DNA of 45,344 nucleotides, filler included, from Jimgerdemannia flammicorona (taxonomy: Eukaryota): assembly GCA_003990765.1 (NCBI GenBank). It is 2 parts of 2 records of this genome, joined end to end, with 100 filler letters (N's around TTAATTAATTAA, not from the genome) between each part and the next. Parts side by side here need not be neighbours in the genome. Positions count along the whole stretch, not along the records: positions 22,725 to 45,344 come from RBNJ01001239.1; 1 more part is not named here. One strand, 5' to 3'. This document shows, in pieces, positions 36,860 to 45,344 of the stretch (within the stretch, counting starts at the first letter, position 1; each line of letters opens with the position of its first letter). Made by a program: the position numbers and the translations under genes. Under the pieces are notes generated by a model. The model worked only from the letters and a program-made list of their open reading frames with translations, made no database searches and had not been told where the DNA came from.

Positions 36860-38750
36860 CTATTCTGAGCACTGCAGCTCGTCAAAGAAGTCAAATATGC
36901 CGTCTTTAGTCTTTTTTTTTTTTGACTTCTGGAGTCGGGATCGTGTCTCCCAGTGGGGACGACGGAGGGCTCGGAGTTCTCAAGCGTTGGCGGGCAATGG
37001 CCTGCACTGTTTGGTTCAACTGAAGTAGAGTATGCTGTGACAGAGGTTTAGGAAATCGCATCGTAAGTTAAACGGTGAAGAAGAGAAAAAAAAAATAAAA
37101 AAAATAAAAAATTGATGGCCATACACGCAGGCTTAACATCGACTCTATAAACGGAGGCAGTTGGTCGGCCATCGCAGAGAGAGTCGTTGGGATTGTCAAG
37201 GTTCCCATCTCCGTCATGAAGTAGAATTTTGCCGACGCGTCGAACTTCATCGCATAGATTGTCCACCGATTACCTGTTGGTTAAAAATTCGGGGTGAAAA
37301 AGCAACTTCCATATCTACTCGAATTCACGGCAACGCTCTGACGGCTTACCTGACACCAATATTCCGATGGTGAAGATTTTCTCCATGTCCTCCTTCTTGA
37401 AGTGAAGGACGTATCGATATTGATCCAAGGTGTCCTTCAGCTGTATTGTCAACTCGGATCTGTCGACGCGTTCCTTTGTTTCATCATAGTCCATATCCGT
37501 GTTGCCGACTTCGAGTGATAGCAGCTCTACCTTATAATTCCTCAACTCTAGTAGCATATCAACTTTGTGACAGTCGTGGCTCAGCTGTGTATACTCGGCG
37601 TGCATGTATCGGCGCTTCCTACTTGTTACCGACCGAATCACTTTTTCAACCCTAAGGAGAAGACAAGGCGTTAAAAACGACTAGACTGCAATCAGATCTT
37701 ACAAACGACTTCTCACCAGTAGAGTTGAAAGCGACCGATATCAAATTCCAGCAGAAGGTCGGAAAATAGTGGGCCCAAGATGTTAACAATGTAGTCTCGT
37801 TCGCGCTGCGAACGATCGAGTATGTTCATCTCGCGCCGAAGACACTTGTGGCTGTGAGAATCCAACGTCATCTCGATGAGAATTCGTTTAGGAAAAAAAA
37901 GCGTTCAATCGTCAACTTACAAAAATGCGATCATCTGCGCAGCCAGAAACCCATCTCCAGCGTCGTCGAGGTCCTCGAGCTGCCGTTGCAGCTTTACCAG
38001 GCCCTTCAACGAAGACTAAAAAAGGAAAGCCGTGGCCTGTCGTCAAAAGACACTAGCGAAAGTGCCGAGGTACGATATCTTACCATATCGGCATCACTCA
38101 GCAGCTCGCTGACTGTTTCTCTTTGCGTAGATACTGCCTGTACTTCTGGACCAACATTCCGTTGTCGACCACAGAAAAAATGCGCCTCCATTCAACGGGA
38201 TTCCAGTTGGAGAGGTCGATAATTCGAGATGATATCGTCTTATCAAAGAATCGGGTACTGTTAGCCGAGTGATGGCGAGCAGGTAAGCTCCCAGTCTATC
38301 GGAGAATGCACAATTTGACGCGTCAAAAATTCGGCGTACGTAAATATATACATAGGACTCTTTTCTCTGTATCCACCGAGGAGTGTGGAAATGACTGTTA
38401 CAACGCTTACGACCACCGTTCTCCATTTGGAAAACGCCCTCGTATGCGCAGTCCCTCTCCACTTGGAGAGGCTGGCTGGTAACCGTCTTTTCTCTGGGAA
38501 CTCGAAATGCCGTCTTCCCTCTCCCCAAATCTCCACATCTCCCATAATCCTCCTCTACCAGGACGGTGGGTTGACCCTGTAAGTGAGCAATATCTCATCT
38601 TGGTTTAGAGCCTGTTAAACCTAGTCCGCTAAAACTGCAATGGTTTATCATCTCGATAGCTTCGGAACGAAATCCTCTGGCGACGAAACCGCTCGGTATA
38701 AGTACGCAGGAACGTGGAACTTTCTTTCTTTGCCTGCATTCGTTACCTAG
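36860..38750 (-). pseudogene. Crinkler-like protein with C-terminal PD-(D/E)xK (REase) fold; 5' exons disrupted
   Basis: Spliced C-terminal exons: ERDYIVNILGPLF..W / VEKVIRSVTSRK..KVDMLL..ELLSLEVG..DETK..DRSELTIQLKDTLD..GILVSG / NRWTIYAM..IPTT..FIESMLSLR / ..CSE*. Stops upstream of ~38190. 5' limit uncertain. Confidence 0.55.
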
Positions 38751-39589
38751 GCTTTCAGCATTTTCAATCCACTCTCTATTTCTTTATTCAAAGACACAGG
38801 TATCTTGGCCATCCTCTCGCTACGGCGAGGTAGCCTTCGTGGTCCCTTAAATGAAACGGCCTGCCATTTTGTCGGCATGCTGAGTTTAAGCCACTCCCAG
38901 CTCCGCATTTTTATAAAAGCCTTTGGAAATCTTTCAAGAATAAGCCTTTTTACTATTCATGTGAGTTTTATTGCACGCAAGCTGATCTTGGGAAATGAAA
39001 AGGTAAATTGTGGGCCGATAGCTGACAATGCTTTATTGCATGAATGACAAAGGTGGCAAGGACGGCAACCATCCAGATCCTACGCGTTTCCACGCAGCCG
39101 TCTTTACCATTGAACTCCGCCTAACTATCAGCTTCCAATAGCCGGCATCAGAAAGAAATGAAGGGATTGCAAGTGAAATTCAACGAGGTCCGCAGCTATG
39201 TCGAAAAAAGGGAGGGGCCGTCACCAAGGCTTAAGGGGCAAATTCGAGAGAGTTGGGAGAAAAAAGGAGAGAGGAAGGACTCTGACCTTGCACGGGCACA
39301 TTGAGGTTGAAAATAGAGCAAATCGATGAGATGCGAGAAATGTTATAGCCTATCCTCAAGTCGGCGAACAGCTTATGTAGTTTAGAGTACTTTGAGATTG
39401 TGTAATGGTACTAGGATGGGTGGAGCCGACAACTGACTTGGATATACGAGGTTGGTGCCTGGCCGAGTGCCGAGAATTGTACATCAATAATCAGAGTGAT
39501 TCCTAAACAGACTCTGCGAAGTTCCAGGTTACAATTTAAGATCAAGCATTCTCGTAGAATCAGATTGTTAGCCGCTTTCCATGTAATTT

Positions 39590-40740
39590 GTAGTGTAATT
39601 TTTGTGTAATTTTAAATATATTTCACTTTATAGTAGAAAGGACTATCCCTATATAAAATGAACATATGAAACTAATTTACATCAAATCTATGATAGAGTC
39701 CAAAAATTACAGCACCATCAGAAGTATTTTGAAACAAGAACAAGGTAAGAAAATCACTCTATATATTTTCAAAATATCTGATACCAAAGCTATTTAAGAA
39801 TATTTGGATAAAGAGAGGATTACCTATGAAATTTACCAACAATTAGTTAATTTCAATAATTTTAATAGAAGTATAAACACTATTTATCTAGAAGATATTT
39901 CTGGATAAAGTCAATAAGAAATTAAATTCTAGAAAGTAAGAATTATCAGAAATATCTGAAGAATCAAGAAAAAAATGAAAATATAAAGAGTAAAGATATA
40001 GGAATAGTTCTATATATTCTTTAATATACTGTAAAAGAAATTTAACAAACTCAGACAAACTGTATATAATATATATATATATATATAATGAATGATAAAA
40101 ATTTAATTAAATATAAGAAGGTACTCTATTTTTTAAAACTTGTTTACAGTTGTAATTGCTCTACCAAAGTTTCTAAAGAAGAGTTTGCCAAATTGTGAAA
40201 AGCTTTTTAAGCTCTCTCTAAGTCAGAACAAGATATATTTTTAATGGCTCAACTCAAAACTATGGATGGAAAAGTGACCAATATTAGTCAATATCTTAAG
40301 AATAGAGCTCATATTAATAAAAGAACTTTATACTATTGAGACTGCAATATATCTCTTTACTAGAAAACCTACTTAAATATACTAGAAATTAGTTGAGTCT
40401 ATTTTGAAAACATCAGTAAATAATAGTCTTTTATTTTTATTTTTATTTTTTATTTTTTATTTTATAGACTCAGAGTTCTACAGATTTTTATTGAAAGAGA
40501 ATCTAGACTATATAGGCCAAAACTCTTCTCTACCATCTAGAGCACTGTTTATCTATTAAGTCTAGACTAGCTATTATTCAGCAGCTTGACCATATTAGAT
40601 ACAGTAGAGTCTATAGCAATCTGTATCTTATTCTGCATACTGTATTCTCTCTACTACCAGAGAGAACTCAGTCATATACCAATAACTGAAAGTATATACC
40701 TGAAACCCCAATATATGTACAAGGCCATATCTGAGCTAAA
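39590..40740 (+). mobile_element. AT-rich degenerate DNA-transposon-like fragment (possibly Sola-type)
   Basis: CpG-free; remnant peptide ALSKSEQDIFLMAQL...KTYLNILEIS resembles transposase N-termini. Family assignment weak. Confidence 0.35.
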
Positions 40741-40741
40741 T

Positions 40742-40817
40742 TGTAAGTACACAACCTCCAAGCCACTGAAATTACATGTCACTCTCTGAATAAGCCACCA
40801 AAATCACATGCAACCTC
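40742..40817 (+). mobile_element. LTR copy A (first 76 bp, interrupted by copy B)
   Basis: TGTAAGTACACAACCTCCAAGCCAC... matches the start at 43568; homology ends where B's terminus begins. Confidence 0.85.
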
Positions 40818-42878
40818 TGTATAAGGGGGTTGCTTTTTAGGGTAACCATTACGTAGTTCTGGAAAGGTTTTCTGGAGGTTCTGAATATTCTGGAAGACTG
40901 TTTTCTTATGGTCAAGATCAATTTCATATGGAGTATGTCCTCTACGCTTATTGATTTCAAGATCAGGTTGACATCTCAACCAAAGTCCTTTTTCGGACTA
41001 GTTCTGGATATTCAGGATTTTCCGTATTTCAGAAAGTTCAAGAAACTAAGACCAGCTTAGTTAAATCAGCATATTGCTGCAGACAATACCCAATTAGGAA
41101 ATTTTGTGATGGGGTTAGGAGTGGGACCTAATGGGTAGCAGATTTACTTAAGGGTAGTTTGTGGGTTATTGAATAGGTTTATTTGCTATTCATGATATTG
41201 CTATACTAGGAGTAGTTATGTGAAGAGATATTGTAGGGAAGTATTCAGGAATGTTCTTGTGTGTCCAAGTCTCAGATTCTGAGGTCTGGGGGAGGGGGTA
41301 TTTATACATGAGGGGCTATCTGGACTATGCTGAATATGGATGTAGCACTAAGTGCCTTGCTGAGTCAGAATGTAGTCATGTAGTATAAGTGTGATCTGAC
41401 ATGTCAAGAGATCGTCTGACTGCTGAGTCAGTTCACAGTCATGTCGTATAAGGCTAATCTAACTATACTATGACTGCTAGGCTATTTATGGGTTTAGATA
41501 CTGTCTAGATAGTCTTTGATAATATCACTATCAATTGCATCATCTCTGATAAAGTAGTCATTTAGGAAGAGTGGTTCGCGGATTACTTCTTCTTGTTTGC
41601 TGAGGTAATAATACATTGGAACTTTGTCACCATCCCACAGAATAGTATCATCTGTCTCATATACTGGATAAGGTGTTGGTGGGCGAAAGAGGGGTACATC
41701 ATCTTCACTTATATCAGATTCGCTGTCTGTATATCTTCTGTAGGTTACAGCACTATAAGTCACAGGATTGTAGTAAGCTGGTGACTGTGGTTCATGTTAC
41801 TCATACTCGGGTGGTGGGGTGGTTGGTTCAATCTCGAGGGTTGTCTGGAGGTACAGGTTGTGTTCTCCAGTCTCTTCATTATAGTTGAAGTAATTGGGGA
41901 TGAATACAGGTTAGTATTCATACCAGTGGTCATTGTCCCAATAAGTCTTGTATGCTGTTATGAATTGTATAAGTTCATCGGCAAGGTTGGTGGTATGATC
42001 AGGGTTGGCAGAGATCCTTGGCTAGAGGTCATGTTAGTATCAGAGGGATTATTGTCTTCTGCTTCATCTTCATCAAAGTAGATTATATTGTAGATATCCT
42101 TCATGGCATATCCAACTTAGGGCATTTGCAGGATATGGTCATTGGGGTGTAGGAAGGTTCTGTCTGTGGTTTTGACATACTCGAGGTACTTGTGGTTGAG
42201 TTCTTGTATCATGTTGTCGATTTGGCCATAGGACAGGGTAGCAACCATTTCGGCTGTGGTAACTTGGAGGTGGGGAATAATGGTGCTATACTCATAGAAG
42301 AGTTCTTGATGTTTGCAGGCGATAAGCTTCTGGTGTTGAGACATCTGAGTGATGTCTGTATCATGGTGGTGTTTGATCATGTCTTCTAGGAGGTGGCCAA
42401 TCTGGTAGTAGCTTGAGATTTGTCCAATTCAGTGGGCCTCACTAAGTATGTTCAGAGCATTCTATCAGACTTCTACGAAGTAGAGGGGTGCTAGGCTATG
42501 GATATTCATGAGGGGCAGAGAGAGTGTGGCTCGGTTGATAATGGCATTCCAAATGTCAGCATAGATATGGGTATAGATCTTGGTAGTCATATTTGTATAT
42601 TTAGAAGTTATAGTTGTTGTTTGTTTTGGTTCTCTAATTCGATGTGTCTTGGTGCTCAGTATATATGCATTTGGTCCTGATTGGTAAGATTCCATTTGTG
42701 TGAATCTTGTGTTCTGTGACTTTGTATTGACTCAGCTTTGTATGCTGTGACTTTGGTTTGACTCAGCTTTGTGATCAAGCAGGTGATTTCCAGATTTGTT
42801 CAGAGGTCGCATGTGATTTCAGTGGCTTGTTCAGAGAGTAATATATAGTTTTGGTGGCTTAGAGGTTGTACACTTACA
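40818..42878 (-). mobile_element. LTR copy B, complete 2061-bp 3' LTR with decayed internal ORF
   Basis: Minus strand TGTAAG...TTATACA; PPT AAGAAGGGGAGAG adjacent at 42880-42892; inverted homolog of 43568-45344. Confidence 0.88.
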
Positions 42879-43567
42879 ACTCTCCCCTTCTTAGCTTTCG
42901 ACATCCTCATCAGGACCTTCTAATTTTGTTCAGTAGTACAGGGAGAATAGGCTTGCTTTCAGTTTTGCCATTTTTTCAGAGGGTCAGTATTTCTGTCTTG
43001 TTTTGCTGAGTTCTTGGTTTGGTTTGCAATAAATATAATGTTCAGACAGATAATATATAGTATGTATAGATAGGTGTGGAGTATTTGGTTCTAGTTGTTC
43101 AAGAAATCATATTTCTGAACTAGATTGGTAGTATTCTGGAGATTGGTCTTGGGTTCCCATATTGTATCATAGATCGGGTAACCTTTCCATTTGACAAGAT
43201 ACTCAGGGTGACTCTTGTTGCCATGTTTGTTGAGGATTTGTTCAACTTCATACTCTTCTTAATCATTAATAATGATAGGTGCAGGTGGTTTGGTAGTCCA
43301 GTTTGGAAATAGCTTATCATCATTCTCATTGTATTGCTTGAGATGTTGAATATTAAAGACTGGATGAATCTTATGGTATCCAGTAGCACCAATTTGTAGG
43401 AGGTTAGAGAGACTTGTGCAATGACTTCAAATGGTCCAATGAACTTGCTGTTCAGCTTTGTAGATAGTCTGTGCTTTGAGGTTGTCAACTTGGTATCCTC
43501 TGATGTCCAGTAGAACTTTTTCTCCAATATCAAAGGTTTCTTCTTGGCAGTGTTGGTTAATATACTA
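42879..43567 (-). mobile_element. Ty3/Gypsy chromovirus internal 3' region (integrase C-terminus, chromodomain, PPT)
   Basis: KLNSKFIGPFEVIAQVSLTSYKL, then EEYEVEQILNKHGNKSHPEYLVKWKGYPIYDTIWEPKTNL. Confidence 0.88.
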
Positions 43568-45344
43568 TGTAAGCGCACAACCTCCAAGCCACCGAAATTA
43601 CATGTCACCCTCTGAACAAGCCACTGAAATCACACACGACCTCCAAACAAATCTGGAAATCACCTGCTTGATCACTAAGCTGAGTCAAACTGAAGTCACA
43701 GCGCACAAAGCTGAGTCAATATGAAGTCATGGAACACAAGATCTACACAAACGGAACATTACCAATCAGGACCAAATGCATATATACTGAGCACCGAGAC
43801 GCATCAAGTCAGAGAACCAAAACAAACAACAACCACAACTTCCAAACACACAAACATGACCACTGAGATCTATAACTGCATCCGCGCTGACATTTGGAAT
43901 GCCATTGTCAACTGAGCCATACCCCCTCTGCCCCTCATGAATATCCATAGCCTGGCACCTCTCTACTTCATGGAAGCCCGATGGAATGCCCTGAACATAC
44001 TTAGCGAGGCCCACCGAATCGGACAAATCTCAAGCTACTACCAGATTGGCCACCTCCTGGAAGACATGGTCGAACACCACCATGATACAGACATTACCCA
44101 GATGTCTCAACACCAGAAGCTCATCGCCCGCAAACATCGAGAACTCTTCTATGAGTACAACACCTTTATTCCCCATCTCCGAGTCACTACCAGTGAAATG
44201 ATTGCTACCCTGTCCTACGGCCAAATCGATGATATGATACAAGAAATCAACCACAAATACCTCGAGTATATCGAAACCACAGACAGAACCTTCCCGCACC
44301 CCAATGACCATATCCTACAAATGCCTCAAGTCGGATACGCCATGAAGGACGTCTACGATATAATCCACTTCGATGAAGATGAAGCAGAAGACAATGATCT
44401 CTCTGATGCTGACATGACCTCTAGCCAAGGATCTCTGCCAACCCTGATCACTCCGCCAACCTTGCCGATGAACTTACAACAGTTCATAACCACATACGAG
44501 ACTTATTGGGACAATGACCACTGGCACGAATACCAACCCGCGTTCACCCCCGATTACTTTAACTACAATGAAGAGACTGGAGAACACAACCTGTACCTCC
44601 AGACAACTCTCGAGATTGAACCAACCACTCCACCACCCGAGTACGAGCGACTTGAATCACAGCCACCAGCTTACTACAACCCCGCGACTTATAGTGCTGT
44701 AACCTATAGAAGGTACGTAGATAGCGAATCTGATGAAAGCGAAGACAATACACCCATCCTTTGCCCACCAACACCTTATCCAGCATACGAGACAGATGAT
44801 GCTATCCTGTGGGATGGCGACGAAGTTCCAATGTATTACTACCTCAGCCAACAAGGAGAAGTAATCTGCAAACCACTATTCCTAGATGACTACTTCATCA
44901 GAGATGATGCAATCGATGGTGATGTCATTGAGGACTACCCAGACAGCGCCTAAAACTATAAATAGCCTAGCAGTTATAGTATAGTTAGATTAGCCTTGTA
45001 TGATGTAACTGTGAACTGACTCAGCAGTCAGACGATCTCTTGACATGTCAGATCACACTTGTACTACGTGACTGCATTCCGACTCAGCAAGGCACTTAGT
45101 GCTACATCCATATCTAGCATAGTCCAGATAGCCCCTCACTAGTATAAATACCCCCTCCCCCAGACCTCAGAATCTCAGACTCGAACATATAAGAACATTC
45201 CTGAATACTTCCCCACAAATATCCCTTCACACAAATACTCCTAGTATAGCAATATCATGAATAGCAAATAAACCTATTCCATAACCCACAAACCACTCTT
45301 AAGTAAATCCGCTCTCTGTTAGGTCCTACTCCTAACCCCGTCAC
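43568..45344 (+). mobile_element. LTR copy C (least mutated; runs off window end, ~290 bp missing)
   Basis: Starts TGTAAGCGC; colinear with the reverse complement of 41106-42878; TATA-like GTATAAATA ~45142 and AATAAA ~45267. Confidence 0.88.
43856..44953 (+). CDS. LTR-embedded ORF of unknown function (one TGA at 43913; open 338 aa from 43937)
   Basis: Copy B has CGA (Arg) at the 43913 stop position, restoring 365 aa from 43856 or 410 aa from 43721. Helical N-half, acidic C-half with PPEY and PPAY. Confidence 0.7.

Noticed and set aside
41106..45344. Large inverted repeat as TIRs of one DNA transposon or DIRS element
   Set aside because: PPT, TG..CA ends, chromodomain integrase and a third copy at 40742 fit nested LTRs better.

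Overview
Eukaryotic, intron-rich fungal DNA; gene style and TE content suggest Mucoromycota, possibly Endogonales (inference). Intact host genes: PXA-PX-Nexin_C sorting nexin, BMT6-like methyltransferase, MMS19, Sec14/CRAL-TRIO and dynactin p62. Decayed genes: two F-box/LRR pseudogenes and a Crinkler-like PD-(D/E)xK gene. Two CpG-depleted nested transposon islands (~11.0-23.2 kb and ~39.6-45.3 kb) interrupt them. Highlights: (1) a chromodomain Ty3/Gypsy family with a ~2.06 kb LTR that itself carries a ~365-410 aa ORF in U3 with PPxY motifs, present as three nested copies; (2) a decayed Fanzor2/TnpB C-terminus with a candidate structured omega-RNA end; (3) C>T/G>A hypermutation of repeats at both CpG and CpA (RIP-like); (4) a foldback hAT-type MITE with an 8-bp TSD inside an L1/Tx1 LINE. 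An artificial N/TTAATTAATTAA linker at 22625-22724 means the two halves may not be contiguous.
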